Source of the DNA: the human T2T-CHM13v2.0 reference genome, Homo sapiens
Assembly (NCBI RefSeq): GCF_009914755.1
Contig: NC_060939.1
DNA length: 64,000 nucleotides
Reading direction: 5' to 3' (one strand)
Positions 1 through 15,237 of the stretch are shown here, in pieces. Under the pieces are notes generated by a model that worked only from the letters and a program-made list of their open reading frames with translations, did not search any database and was not told the origin of the DNA. Positions within the stretch are counted from its first letter, which is position 1, and each line of letters begins with the position of its first letter. The position numbers and the translations under genes are program-made.

Positions 1-89
1 GTGGAGGCTGCAGTGAGCAGTCATCACTGTACTCCAGCCTGGTGACAGAGCGAGACCCTATCACCGCCCCCCGCCCCACCAAAAAAAAA
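1..89 (+). mobile_element. Alu 3' end fragment (truncated by window start)
   Basis: GAGGCTGCAGTGAGC...ACTCCAGCCTGGTGACAGAGCGAGACC followed by an A-tract. Confidence 0.85.
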
Positions 90-371
90 CTGAGTAGACA
101 GGTGTCCTCTTGGCATGATAGGTCTTAAGTCCCCTCCCAGATCTGTGACATTTGACAGGTGTCTTTTCCTCTGGACCTCGGTGTCCCCATCTGAGTGAGA
201 AAAGGCAGTGGGGAGGTGGATCTTCCAGTCGAAGCGGTATAGAAGCCCGTGTGAAAAGCCATACTCCAAGGGGCTCCAAGTCCAGCGCACAGTCCCAGAA
301 GGGCCCAGCAAGGCAGCCAGGGCGGCACAGGCACCAGGTCCCAACCTTCTTCCCTGTTTGCCCACTCTCAG

Positions 372-3265
372 ACCCCGGAGTTCATCATCTCGGAGCCGCT
401 GGCCAATATGTACTCATGTGGGAACCAGAACACACTGATGGAGGAGTTGGCAGAGCAGGCACAGCAGCACGACGAGATGCTGCACATGCACCACGCGCTG
501 AAGGAGGCGCTCAGCATCATCGGTGACATCAACAGGACCACTGTCACCATGCCCATGCCCCCGCCCGTGGACGACACCTGGTTGCAGGTGCAGAGCATCC
601 CTGACGCACACAGGTACCAGAGACTGCCCCCCACGGCCCCAAAATCCCCCACCCGGGATGCCCAGAGGAGTGCCCTGGGGGCAAGTGGCACACCCCCTCA
701 CCGGGGTGGCTCCCACCTGGAGTGACGGGGGGAGCTTGACAAGGAGCACTGGCTGCAGGGGGGTGGGGGGTGGGATGTTCTCGCTGCTGGGGGCGGGGCT
801 TAAGCTCCGGCAACCGCCTTGGGGTGTGGCAGGGAGGAGCTTCGGTGCATGGGTGTGGCCGGCACTGCGCTGGGGCGGGGCCGCCCATCTCTCCCCTCCC
901 TGTGCCTCCCAGGTCGCCCAAGTCCAGCGCCAGGATGCCCAGGCCCTGCCATGTCCCTAGCCCGGCCTGGGTGGCAGGGCCCAGCTCCTGGGCGGCAGGA
1001 CCCAGCTCCTGGGCTTCCTCCTGCTGGGTCCGCCCTTGGGGAAGTGTGCCCCATACCCTCCAGGCCAGAGGCTTCCCCTGATCCCTTTGGGCCCTACCCC
1101 CCTGGTGCTCTTGTGCCCCAGCCGGGGTCCCCAGGTAAGTAGGGGCTGAATGCAGCCAAAGAGGCCGCTGGACAGGCGTGGCCAGGAAGGAAATGGGACT
1201 GGATTCCAGAGCACCACATCTGGCCGCCAGAACTGGCCGTCTCCATCCAAGGCACTGGGACCATGGGTGCCGGAGCCACGTGTGGCCGAGGGCTGGCAGA
1301 GCCTGCCCCCCAGGGATCACTGAGTCCTGGAGGTGGTCGTTTTTGAGGAGGGGGCTGTGGGGCTCGTCCCACCTGCCGCCTTCTGTCCAGCACTTGCATG
1401 ACACTTCCCTCTATTTTCACTCTTGGCGGCTGCCCACACTTTGCATTTCTCTTCCTTTCTTCTCGCTGTCCTCCATCCTCCATTCCGTCCAACTCCTAGC
1501 CCAGTCCCGGGGGCGCCTACTTCAGGTCTGAGAGTCTGAACTCCGAGATGCTCTGGGTGTGTGGATTTCCTTCAGCTACCCTGATGTCCCCAATTCCAAG
1601 TCCTGACTCCTTTGAGCCATCCCAGGGGGTGTCCGGCCACTGGACCACAGGAGCAGAGGCGAGTCTGTGACTGTGTGACCAGCAAGGTGTGTGATGTGTG
1701 CGTGAGCGAGCACACGAGTGTAAAGAATGGCACCCAGACCTGAGCTAGGACAGAGGGAGCCTGGGGGCCACAGGCAAGCTCATTTCTTCTCCACACCCCT
1801 CCCCGCCCGACCCTGTCTAAACTAATGGGGTAGTGGTAGCCGCAAGGGCAGGGATGGGAGTGGCTGAAGCCTACTTCACTCCCAAAGATTTCTAAGGAAA
1901 ATGGTTCTACTGCATCCTTTGGCTGGGCCTTGTTGACCCGTGACCCTCTTTCAAGAACATTCACTCTGATTTCCAGTGTGCCGTCTCCACTGGCCACGTT
2001 CTCTAAGGAAGAACAATAGCATCTGTTTTTGTTTCCAAATGGCTGGAGAGTGGGGCTGTGGGACCAGCGCCCATATATAAAAATGAAGCAGGGATTGGGG
2101 CTTGCCCTGTGATGTGCTGTTGACCAAGTTAGAGGGGTATAGGCAAGCAGCAAAGTATTGGGCAAGATCACTGGACTGGGAGTCCAGAGATGCTGCTTCA
2201 CCCTGGGGCTTTAGGCAAGTCCCTTTCCCTCCCAGAGCCTCAGCATCCCTTTTAGCAAATTATGACATTCTGCCTTTCTCCTAGAATGGCTGTGGGGATC
2301 AAGGGAGACAGTGGCCATAGGGATGCTATGTTAACCGTAGATGCGTCTGTAGGAGCACTTTCCTAACTGCCAACGTGAGTTCAGACTCTTCAGGCTATTT
2401 GGCACCCAGGTCTATGGTGAGGTGTGACATATGGGATGTAAAGTTTGATGCCTGCTCTGACTCCAGTCTTGCTAACACACACACGAAACCTTTGGCAAAT
2501 CATGACCCTGCCTTGGGGAAAAGGGCAGTCTGGGAGAGCTTCTTCAAGGCAGCCTGGCTTCAATGCAGTCCGGGGCATGACGGAGATAGGCATACGTTGT
2601 GAGGAACTGGAGGGTAACTGGGTAAAGAGCTGCAGTGTGGGCAGAGGTGTAGTGTGGGTCACAATGAGGATAGCCACTGGCCAAAGCAGGGAACAGAGAC
2701 AGAATGAAGAGCTCTGTGGGGAGGGTGGGGCACAGGGTGGAGAACCTTCAAAGTCCAAAGAGTATGACTTGTTGGGATTCAATGCTGTAGGCAGTAGGGA
2801 GCCATGGAAGGCTCTTAGGTGGAGAAATGACAGCCGGACATTAGTGAGCAAGCCCTGTCTCCGTGAGCAGCATGGGTGGTCCTCTGAGCACGCCAGGCAC
2901 GAGTGTGCAGGGAGCTGGTGCAAATGCCTCTGTGTGCGGGTGAGCATCTGTGTTGTGACTCTGCCCACGCATGTGCTTCAGTGTGCCGAGTGGCTGCACG
3001 CCCCAGATCCATGCGGCACGTGCCGGCCGGTGAGGGTGCTGGGCACCGGGAGGTGGCGGAGAGGGCGACGTATGCGTGTTGTTTGTGGGCATGTGTTAGA
3101 GTGTGCATGCGGGCCGTGGGGCCTCACAGCATGTGTGTGCACAATCTGGCGTGTGCGTGTGTCCGCCACCCCCAGGCCTGCCCCACCCATGCATGGGACC
3201 TGCCATGTGATTTGATGCTGTCTTTCAGAATCACTATCAGTGGCCCCTGAGGAGCATCAGCCATG
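372..3265 (+). pseudogene. DNM1P: Dynamin-1 (DNM1) unprocessed pseudogene, 3' exons: 372-613 (GED), 913-1134 (proline-rich domain, frameshifted), 3229-3265 (37-nt alternative exon)
   Basis: [41 protein letters not shown]...[14 protein letters not shown] matches the DNM1 [24 protein letters not shown] matches the PRD. RITISGP* matches the DNM1 short-isoform tail RITISDP*. AG/GT sites flank all three exons. Confidence 0.93.
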
Positions 3266-4666
3266 GTAGGTACATGCCTCACTGCCTGCTGCATGAATGG
3301 TCTGCCTGCCCCGCTGCCCCAGCTCCACACAGGGGGCATACCTGGAGCCTCAGAGCCAGGCTGCCTGCCCCTCCCTTCTAGAGCTGCAGACTTGCTCTTT
3401 CCTCTTTCTGTCCTTGTGCTGCTGGCTGTCTCACTTCCCTCCCTGCCAGCCACAGGACTCAGTGCCACTGCTCAAGGTCTCCATGGCTGAGCCTGGGGGC
3501 TCTTACAACAGGCTCCATGCCGAAGGTGGCAGATGTGGAACCATCAGAGAGGGCACAGAGCTCATGGTTTATGGTGTAGGGGCTGGGAGCTTGGAGGGGG
3601 TTGTGTGGGGGGCTGGACTCAGGTGGCCAGAGGCCTGGGCACATCATCCTGGGCACGCCGTACCTGTCATGCAGTCTGAGCCATGCTGCCAGGGCAGGTA
3701 TCCAGCTCCCAGCCTGGGAGTGCCGAGAGCCAAATCCACTGCAGATTAGGGGTGATAGTCAGGGTCCCACCTCCTCTATCTGTCAGCAATCCAGTGGTGA
3801 TCTAGGATAAAAGCCTGAGAGTCCAATACACACGGTTATCCCACAACACACTTCATAGGCCATGCAAGGACACACAGCCCCCTTCCCTCCCTCCCAGGTA
3901 CCATCACAGCTGCTAGCGTGTGACTGAAGGCTGGGTCCCTGGCCAGCGCTACTGAAGCACTACTGCCAGCCAGCAGACTCACGGACCTTGGCCTGTTGCT
4001 CCTAGGGGTCACCTGTGCTATTCAGCCAAGGAGACCACAGTGCTTGCTGGCCCAGCTGAGCTCCGCCTAGCGAGCCCACCTGCCTTTCCTGCCACGGAGT
4101 CTCCCTCTTCTGCTTTTCCCAGCAGGAAGGGCCCAGCCTCACCTATGCAACCTGCAGCCCCCCGCCAACCAGTTGAGGCTCCCCTCTTAGACTTATAAGT
4201 CTACGGGCAGTGGCATCTAGCTACCTGCCCTCCCTGCCTTCCCCAGGGTCCCTTCAGTGGACCCTGGGCTTTCTGACTGCCCAGAGAGGGGCCTCTGGCG
4301 CTCACTCCAGCCCGCCATCCCTTATAGCTTCACCATTTTGGTTCAAGCAGTGTTCCTTCTGTCAGGCTTGGTGGCTGTTGGGTGGGGCTCCCCAAGCAAG
4401 AGGTGGCCCTGGGCCAGTGGGTTGGAAGATGGGGTGACCACAGAAGAGGGAAGCCGGGGGGGTTGAGCATTGGTCTGAACTGTGGGTGGACTGCCTGGGT
4501 GCCATGAGAGAGGCCAGTGTGTGTGGGGTGGGGAGGGCTGCCACAGCCCCCAGGCACTACCTATGAAGCTCTAGCTTCTCCCTCCATCTTCCTCCCCTTT
4601 CCCTTCCAGCCCCTCTTTTCCAGGAACCTTGCCACGCCCACACCTACGCCTTCCCCTTCCCGGCTC

Positions 4667-6113
4667 TCAGATGATGGTGGTGTTTATCTCCCTGTTCTCG
4701 GGAGCCCAAAAAGAATGGCATGCAGGGGTTGCTGCCCATGCCTGGGTGCTCCTGGGGAGTCCTGCATTACAGGAAGCAGCTGCTGGATCTGCTGTGCAGT
4801 GGGGTTGTCGTGGGGAGAACCCTCCCTGTCCTCTCCTGGTGCAGCCTCCACGCTATCAGTGAGGCTCACCTCACAAAGATCTTCAGAGAGAGGGAGGGGG
4901 GTGGGAATCTGAGCACAGTGCGAGCCTCCCCTGCTCCTGCCTGCCCACCCCACCTGAGGGCTCTACTCACCACCCTGCTCGTCAGCACACCCAAGCTCCT
5001 GGGCTACTGGGGCTCCTAGAGTGGGCTCATCAGCAGGGTTCTGGGCAATGGTCAAAATTTGCCATGCCCCTCCTTGTGGTCGCCCACAAGCTGCAACACC
5101 TGCCCCGCAGCTCCTGCAGGTTCACCTGGAGGAAGGGGTGTTAGCTGCCATGCCGGTGCCGGCACGCACGTTCACCCCCACCTCCACCCCCACCCCCACC
5201 GAGATGTTGCACACCCTACCTTCATCTCCTCCTGGTCCTGGGCCAGCCTGACGATGTCCTCCTCTCCCAGTGCTGCGTCTCTGACACTGCCCCCTGGCTG
5301 ATGTACTTTCCTGCAGGAGGACATGGCTCAGATGCTGGGGCCCCTCGGACGGCCTGGCAGCTCCCCCCAGCGGTGCCCTAGCCTCTCGCTCACTATGGTG
5401 TCTGTCTGTCCTGAGAGGTGGATGAATTGAAGCTCTAGTTTCTCTACCCGCTCCTTCAGGTCCACCTTCTCCTTCCATAAAGTCGCTGTGGAGCCAAAAT
5501 AATGGGGTCACATGTCAGGAGTCACCTGCCTTGTCCTGCCCCCCCGCCCCCCTTGTTGGCCGATGCCAGGACCTACTCACCTGCAGCTTCTCCATGGCCC
5601 CCTGCAGGGCCCGGTGGGTCTCCCCAAACACAGACTCACCCCCACTCTCTGGGGCTGGGGCCGCTACCTCTGGCTTCTTCTGGGACGAGGCCACTGGGTG
5701 AGCCAGGGGCTGGCAGCACACCCTTTGTTCCTCCTGGGCACTGGCTCCAGCGGAGTTGAAAAATGCCACCTGAAGACAAGAGGTGAGTATTCTTGTAGGG
5801 GTATACACATAACAACTGGGGCAGGCAGATGGAGCATAGCCCCTTCCTTTCGGGCCTCACAGAGTGCACCTGTTGGTCACAGGTGAAATGGTGTCTGACC
5901 ACTGGCTCCCAGGAGGAGTGAAAGTCCACAGAAGTCAGAAGGCGGGGAAACCAAGAACATAAGGGGGTTTCGGAGGGACCACAGAGGAAGGTGGCAAAGT
6001 AGGGGCAGGGAAAGTCAGGCTCACCATGGCCTCCCGGCTCTCCAGGTCCCCTGGGATGTTCGGCATGGGCCGAGGCGCCTCCTGCTCACTGTCCAGATGT
6101 CCTCCTCCATCTC
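4667..6113 (-). pseudogene. GOLGA2P: Golgin (GOLGA2/GOLGA6-type) pseudogene, last six exons: ~6113-6026, 5769-5581, 5485-~5393, ~5310-5220, ~5125-4971, ~4880-4667
   Basis: [60 protein letters not shown] and LCEVSLTDSVEAAPGEDREGSPHDNPTAQQI match GM130-family C-terminal exons. Several frameshifts and a shifted acceptor. Confidence 0.9.
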
Positions 6114-6254
6114 CTGTGGGGGGTGGCCAGAGGGGTCCTCAGACAACCCAACAAGGGAGGTACAGTGGGCCCGCCTCTGCCCCCACACTCACTGTGTAAC
6201 CTTGAGCCAGCCCCTCCCCAGAGGGGAATGAGCTGTTCTTTATTTTGAATTTTA

Positions 6255-6436
6255 AGAACCAAGATCTTGCTATATTGCCCAGGCACAGTCCCACTACCGA
6301 TTGGCGCAGGAATTCTGACCTGCTCCCCTTCTGACCTGAGCCAGTTCTCCCATCCTTAGGCAACCCGATGGCCCCCTGTTCCCAGGAGGTCACCATACTG
6401 ATACTGAACTTAGTGCGGACACCTTGTCGGCATAAT
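6255..6436 (-). pseudogene. RN7SL: 7SL RNA (RN7SL) pseudogene, S-domain and 3' end, 5'-truncated
   Basis: Reverse complement reads ATGCCGACAAGGTGTCCGCACTAAGTTCAGTATCAGTATGGTGACCTCCTGGGA...GTTGCCTAAGGA...GGAGCAGGTCA..., the 7SL S-domain that Alus lack, followed by an A-rich tail. Confidence 0.88.
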
Positions 6437-6628
6437 GACCGACACAAAATGCTTAAAAGGTAACCTGACTCTTTGTTCAGGGCTCAGTCCTTTAGATGTT
6501 AATCTGACTGGGCCAGTGCACCTAATAATATATATCCTCCTCAGTCTCTCTGATTCCTAAATTATGCTGCTGTACGGGGAGAGAGGCAGCAGGGTAGTGG
6601 AGTCATACCAAGCAACAAGACAGGGTAG

Positions 6629-6915
<287 letters not shown>

Positions 6916-8487
6916 AGACAGACAGACAGGCTAGTACGTTTTCCACAAATTTCAATTTTACTCTCTTCCCCCACCACACACACACACAAAGCATTTGAGG
7001 GATGGGAGGAAGAAACTGAGATCACAGGAAAAATTGTAAGAGACATTCAGAAGGACAGGTCTTAGAAATTTACTAGTTTTGGGGGGAGGTCAGAACAGGT
7101 GTATATAAAAGAATATTAAGACAGTTCCCAGGTTTAGGCATATGTGACTAGATAGAGTGCTAGGAGATGGATACGTGAAAATTTAAATATCATCATTTTG
7201 AACACCCATGTCACTCCAAGTGAGATTCCCTAAATATATGATATACAGACAGATATATGGGTTTGAAACTCTGGAGATGAATACAAATTTAGGAGTCCCT
7301 GGAACACAGGTCATGACTTAAGTAATGGGAGTCAAAGATTACTCAGAGAAAGCACAGAATGAGAAGAGAAGAAGTAGGACAAGGAAGAAGAGATCGGAGG
7401 AGACCAAGAAAGGGTGATAAGATCAAAACAGGAGAAAAGAATCCGACAGAAGTCTCATTTGATTATCATGTCCCTTCCCAGAGGACAGGGACATGTCTTT
7501 TTTGTCTTTTATACCCAATTATCACAGGTCCTGGTGCAGCAGACACACAGTTTTTTTTTTTTTAATTGTGTTGTACTATTCACAGTTTCCTGTATTCACC
7601 AGGGGAGAAAAAAGTAAGTATAAAGCAGCACAGACACAGATGTTTTTACACTGTGTACTAAAGGGGTCAGATTATACACAATATTTTATGCCTTACTTTT
7701 TTACTTAATATATCTTAGAAGTTTGCACGTGCTCTTATGGAAAGACTGGCTGCATTTTTTGGTCCACAACAGAACAACAGAATATTCTATTATAAAACGG
7801 TACACTATAATTTTTATTTAACCAACTCTTTATTGGTGGACATTAAGAATGGAGGAATGTTTCAACAAAGGAACAATCAACAGTATCAAAATACTGCAGA
7901 GGGGTCAATTTGGGGACTAAGAGGGGAGCCACTGGATTTGACAACTAGGAGATAAATTTTAGTGCAACGATGAAGGCAGAATCCAGAGTATAATGAGCTC
8001 AGTGAAAAAAGGTGAAGACATGTAGCTTATTCTCTCAAGAAACTAGGCTATGATAAACTGGCAGAGGCTCTAAGAGTGGGAGGTGAGTTGTTTTCTCCTT
8101 CATGTAAATATATTTACCTTTTAAACACTAGGCCCAATTTTATATCCTATTTCATTTAACTTTATGAACATATTTATGTATGTATGCATGTATGTATGTA
8201 TCTCATGTGATGTTTTAGACACTGAAAAATAACTCATTTCTATTATAAAACTGATATCTTTAGATGTTCAGAAGCAACTTCCTAAAAGGAGGTAGCAGTA
8301 ATGGAGCTATGTCTATCATTCTTTCCCATCAACCCCCTTGATGGAGATGTAAACATGTGTCCATCAAGCCTTTAATTTTTACCTCTTATCTTCATGGCTC
8401 TCCATACAAAACTTAACTCTTTTTTTTTTCTATTTGTATACGTATATTTATATGTATATCTATATCGAGAGAGAGAGAGAGAGAAAG

Positions 8488-8595
8488 AGTCTTGCTGTGT
8501 TGCCCAGGCTGATCTCAAACTCCTGGGCTCAAGCAATCCTCCCACCTTGGCCTCGCAAAGTGCTGGGATTACAGGCGTGAACCACTGTGCCCAGC
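8488..8595 (-). mobile_element. Alu left monomer (FLAM-like)
   Basis: GTCTTGCTGTGTTGCCCAGGCTG...AAAGTGCTGGGATTACAGGCGTGAACCACTG. Confidence 0.75.
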
Positions 8596-9073
8596 CTCAG
8601 CCTTAACTCTTAAAATATCTTCAAACCAATATTCTTCTGTTCTAATTTTTAAGAATAGATGTGTTTAAACCAACTAACTTATTTTGACAAAAATTGGAGT
8701 TAAGACTCAGACTTCCTCAAATAGTTCTCCTAAAACCATTTACAGAATAATCTATCTTTTCAGTATTAAGTTAAAATACCACCTTTTCCTTATACTAAAT
8801 TCTCGTTTGCATGACTCTGGTTCTAAACTTCCATTGCCTTTATCTGTCTGGCCCAGGGATAGTCCACAATATTTTATTTACTATCTGGTTGAAAGAGTCT
8901 ATACTTTATTACTTTTTATTACTTATTCTTCTAAACAAATTTTAGAGTCGTTTTGTCAAGTGTCAAAAATAAATCTGCCAGAATTTGTACTGAAATTTGT
9001 GTGTGTGTATATATATAATACACACACACTATATATAAAATATAAAATGTATATATACAATTTATATATATAA

Positions 9074-9391
<318 letters not shown>

Positions 9392-9732
9392 TGATAACTA
9401 ACATATTTATAACATGAAATCTGCTCATCCAGGAACATAGAATGCAAATCTTTCATTCCACTCAGCAAAATTTTGTCCTGTCCTTGATAAAAGTCCTGCA
9501 CATCTAAGTTTATTCCTAGGTATTTAATTTTTGCTGAAATACCTGAAAAAATACTTCATCACTATATCTTCTATGTGATTATAGCTAACACTGGGGAAGG
9601 CTATTGATTTTTATATAAAAGAACTTTTAACCAGTAATCTTAAAAATTGTTTTTCTCAGTTGGTTCCTTTGGATATTTTTAGGTAAACAATCATGTCAAC
9701 TGAAAATAATGATAAATTTTCTATAAAGACTA

Positions 9733-10154
<422 letters not shown>

Positions 10155-10417
10155 TTATGTATTTTAATAGCAAAGAAAAACTATATACTGGTAGAAAATG
10201 ACCATCATGTCAACAGTCAATAGTGGTTATATTAGATAGAGAAATTATGGGAGACTTTAATTTTTTTCTTTTATCTTTTCTGTACTTTACCAATTTTCTC
10301 AACAATGGTTGCTTATGAGTTTTAAAATTAAAAAAAGGTTTTAAAAATTTTTCCAACATGGAAAGTTATATTTCTTTATATACTAAAACAAAAACAAAAC
10401 TTTCTATTTGAATACCT

Positions 10418-10635
10418 ATGGCAAAACCCTATCTCTACAAAAAATACAAAAAATTAGCAAGGTGGGGTAGTACACACCTGTAGTCCCAGCTACTCTGGAG
10501 GCTGAGGTGGGAGGATCACCTGAGTCCCCAGAGAATGAGGCTCCAGTGAGCCATGATCATAGCACTGCATTCCAGCCTGGGAGACAGAGAAAGACCCCAT
10601 CTCAAAAAAAAAAAAAAGAAAGAAAGCAAAAAGAA
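10418..10635 (+). mobile_element. 5'-truncated AluJ-like element
   Basis: Alu linker and right arm followed by an A-rich tail. Confidence 0.75.
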
Positions 10636-11453
10636 ATATCCATAATGATCTGAAATGCCTATCTGTATGAGACTGTCCTTTGTTCACATTTTTTCAAGCA
10701 AATATCACACAATAAATTGAATGCAGGTACAAATGACATATCAAACATCAAAGAAATTTGCAAAAGACGTAAGACTGTACTACCTTGGGTTTAGAAATTT
10801 TCTTATCATAAAAGCATTTATAACAATATTTTGTGAGCTTTTAAGGAATATTTTAAGTATTTCTGATTTAATTTCTAGTGATAAATACCAATAGATATAA
10901 CCTACATACACAAAAGCTCCTTGGGCCCTCAATATACTTTTAAGAGTGTAAAGGAATCCTGACCCCAAAACTTTGAGAACTGCTGCCTTCCCCTCCACTT
11001 TATTCCTTCCCTAGAATTTCTTCCTTGGAAGAAACATTCCTTTGCCATTCTATGTTAACTTACATAGTTCCATTGAGGCCAGTTTTGCTACCTCTCTCCC
11101 ATCTTTCCACATCCCTCTCTTGACACAAAACCTGACCAAAGGACTCTACCGGCCCACCCCATTTCCAGTGATTAGCTGTCAGGTGGGCTAAGCCAAGAAA
11201 ATCTGGGTTTTCCCTGACACTAGACCTCTCTTTCTGGGAGATACGGAATCACAGGGACAAGGCTGGCCCTGTCAGAACTCATCTTGTCTAAATGGGAAGA
11301 GGTTAGGCAAGTTTCTAGAATGCCAGACTGCTTTCTAGAAAGTCAAAGATAATTATACTTTCTGCCACGACTGTGAAAATGCCCATTTCATTGCACGCTT
11401 TCTAACATTTATACCAATCTGATAAATAAAAGCTGGTACCTAGAAGAAAAAAA

Positions 11454-11750
11454 GGCTGGGTATGGTGGCTCATGCCTGTAATCCCAGTACTTTGGGAGAC
11501 CAAGGTGAGTGGATCACCTGAGGTCAGGAGTTCGAGACAAGCCTGGCCAACATGATGAAACCCCATCTCTAGTAAAAACACAAACATTAGCCGGGCATGG
11601 TGGCAGGCCCCTGTAATCCCAACTACTCGGGAGGCTGAGGCAAGAGAATCACTTGAACCTGGGAGGTGGAGGTTTTAGTGAGCCAAGATCATGCCATTGC
11701 CCTCCAGCCTGGGTGACAAGGTGAGACTTTGTCTCAAAAAAAAAAAAAAA
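11454..11750 (+). mobile_element. AluS element
   Basis: Full dimeric Alu with poly-A. Confidence 0.92.
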
Positions 11751-11884
11751 GTTTCCATACAATATAATTTGTTCCATCTCTAAAAACCAATTCAGCAATA
11801 ACTGAAAGCCACCACTTGGAAGGTTTCAAGGATTTAGCTCTACCTGTTGATGATGTCCAAAGCATTAGTTAAGGTAGAAAAAAA

Positions 11885-11888
<4 letters not shown>

Positions 11889-11938
<50 letters not shown>
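11889..11938. repeat. (CA)n microsatellite
   Basis: Uninterrupted AC run. Confidence 0.95.
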
Positions 11939-11940
<2 letters not shown>

Positions 11941-13245
11941 CCCTATGTAGTCAGTACCAGGAAACACGAAAGACTAGATGGTACAGTCATCCAACACAAA
12001 GCACACAATAACTGAAGGCACTGTAGAGGAGTAACTTATGACACAGATCTACAATATTGAGTGAAAATGCAGATTACAAAAAAAAATCTGATTTTTTAAG
12101 GGAGAGGGAACACATACAAGCAAAGGAGAAAAGAGATGAGCAGATGACTGAAAGATACAAAATTCTGATAGTGGTACATTCTGAGTGGTAGAATTATCAG
12201 TATTATTTTCTAGTTTTGCCTAAAAATTTTCTAAATTTCTTAAGAACTTTTTGTTATCCATATTATCAAATATCCATCACCCCAGGAAACTTAACCTTGA
12301 GCACAAACTCTACAACAAGTTCAATGTTTGTTCAGTTTAATATTTAAGAGACAACCTATTTTGAAAGACATCTAAAATGATGACCAATATTTAAACCTAT
12401 GCATTAATATTTTTCAATCATATCCTTCACATTTTGTAATTTTGATAAGGTTAAGCTTTAGATCCATCTTGAAAAGATAAGTTTTCTGTTTGTCTTTAAA
12501 ATATGACCCACAATATGCCTGTTTTTAAACAGTGAATGATGCTCTAAAATCACAATATAAATTCAGGCAGTGCTCCTTACATGGAAAGTTTAAGTACTTC
12601 TAACACTGCTCTTTTTCACTTGTTATGAAAACACAGAACAATTATCTAAGCATCTAATTATTCAGGTCCTTTGTTTCTCCTCCAATCTATTAGTTTTATA
12701 GTAATTTTAGGGCCTGTGAGGATGAAGCTGTCTGTGACAGCTACCACAAAGGTTACTATAGGTGGACAAATTTCAAACAAGTTTATCACCACTACCATCC
12801 CCACCATAAAACTGTCTCAATCAAGGGCAACACAATTCAATATTAGCCAAGACAACCTCTTTACCTGTCACTGCTTAAGGAAAGGATTTTTGGTCTTATT
12901 TAGAAATAACTTTCTGTACCTATTTTTCTCCATAAATCCACTGAGACCAATGTGTGGCTCTATCTCAAGCACCAGCAAGCAAAACTGCCTGCTAGAAGGT
13001 TCAGTTTTTGTATCTTTCCAAATGTAGAACACAGCTATCTTCAAGGATTTCATAATTTTTTGAAAATTGATGCACAAACTTCTTGAAAGTTCAGAGACAC
13101 AGCAGCTGTAATTCTTCTGAAGGCTGGTTATGGGACGCATTACCTTCATACTTTGCTGTTTAAGAAATGTGGGGTGGAGAATCAAGTAAACTGATAGAAT
13201 TTCCATATAAAATTCTAAGTGCTCTGAGAACAAAAGAAACTTAAA

Positions 13246-13246
<1 letters not shown>

Positions 13247-13285
<39 letters not shown>
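13247..13285. repeat. (CA)n microsatellite
   Basis: Uninterrupted AC run. Confidence 0.95.
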
Positions 13286-13287
<2 letters not shown>

Positions 13288-13963
13288 TTTTCCCTACTAA
13301 TCATTTTACAACTAAACAACCAAGTTGCTAAACCAGAGCCCACAAAAGCAGAGTCAAAGTTCTAACACTTGGTAAAAGAAAAATGCACACATACCCCTGT
13401 GAGCTAAAAAAAAATGCTTAAGTATTCAAAGACAGCAATTACAGCTACTGAGAACATCACTGTAAGCAAACTGAGGCAGAGAAAACAAACGTGCTGATGA
13501 GGATTTGAACCACCTAAGCTGCAGAAACCCACTGGATGGTTTCCTAGGTTCCGAGTTGGCATTATCTTTCAGAACAATCTTCTAGAAGAGATCACATAAC
13601 ACTGTTACAAAGGATCTGGAGAAAGGGACCCTGGCTTCATCACTGTGGCTCTCCAGTCATGCTTTACATTTGGCAGTGACTATCTCCATTCAACTCAATT
13701 CCCTAACCCTAAACTAGCTGACATTTATCAAATACTGCCCTTTACCAGGTCTAAGTAAGTTTAACTCCCCCCACCCCCACCAAAAAAAATTCAAGATACT
13801 AAGGGATATACTATTCACAAAAGGGAAACCTGTCTCCTCTTCATATACCTGTTCCTTTCAAGGAAGGGTATAAAAATGGGGATGAGGGAGGATAACCACT
13901 AGGAATTTGACCCTATATTATAAATTGGTCAGATAAATGAAAATAATTCCTCTGGACTCAAAG

Positions 13964-14680
<717 letters not shown>

Positions 14681-15237
14681 AAAGTACCACTGAGGTGCTT
14701 AATATGACATTTCTGATATTTCCCAATGCTCCTCCACAAATTCAATTTGGAAAGGTAATCTGTTCCAGGAGGGCAAACCAAAGAAAAAGTCCTAGGCTCC
14801 TGAGTCAAGGCTTGTTTCTTTCCTTTGTACAAGCTGACTACTTTTTAATCATAGTAAAAATGAGAAAAATGCAAGATGAAGTTAACAGCATTGCTTTATT
14901 TCCCATGAAAAGCTGTTATAAAGCATTCTCAAAATAAACTGTTATTCAGCCACAAATGACACCATCACTTTTTTATTCATAGGGCACAGTATCGCTGCCA
15001 AAGAGCTTTCCTCTATATGCTCTCTTGCAGGGCAAAAAATATTATCTATGTTATACAGAAACACAGTAAAAAAAGTGATTTACTTAAGGTCCTAACTACT
15101 AAATAAAAGCTAAACTACTCACTTCCTCCTAGATTCAGAGAGAGCTCCAACATTTTCTAAAATTTGGTATCTTGTTGTTGGGGTAGGCACTTTTTGGCAA
15201 TAATGAATAGACATTTAATTAGCCAATCAAAAAAACT

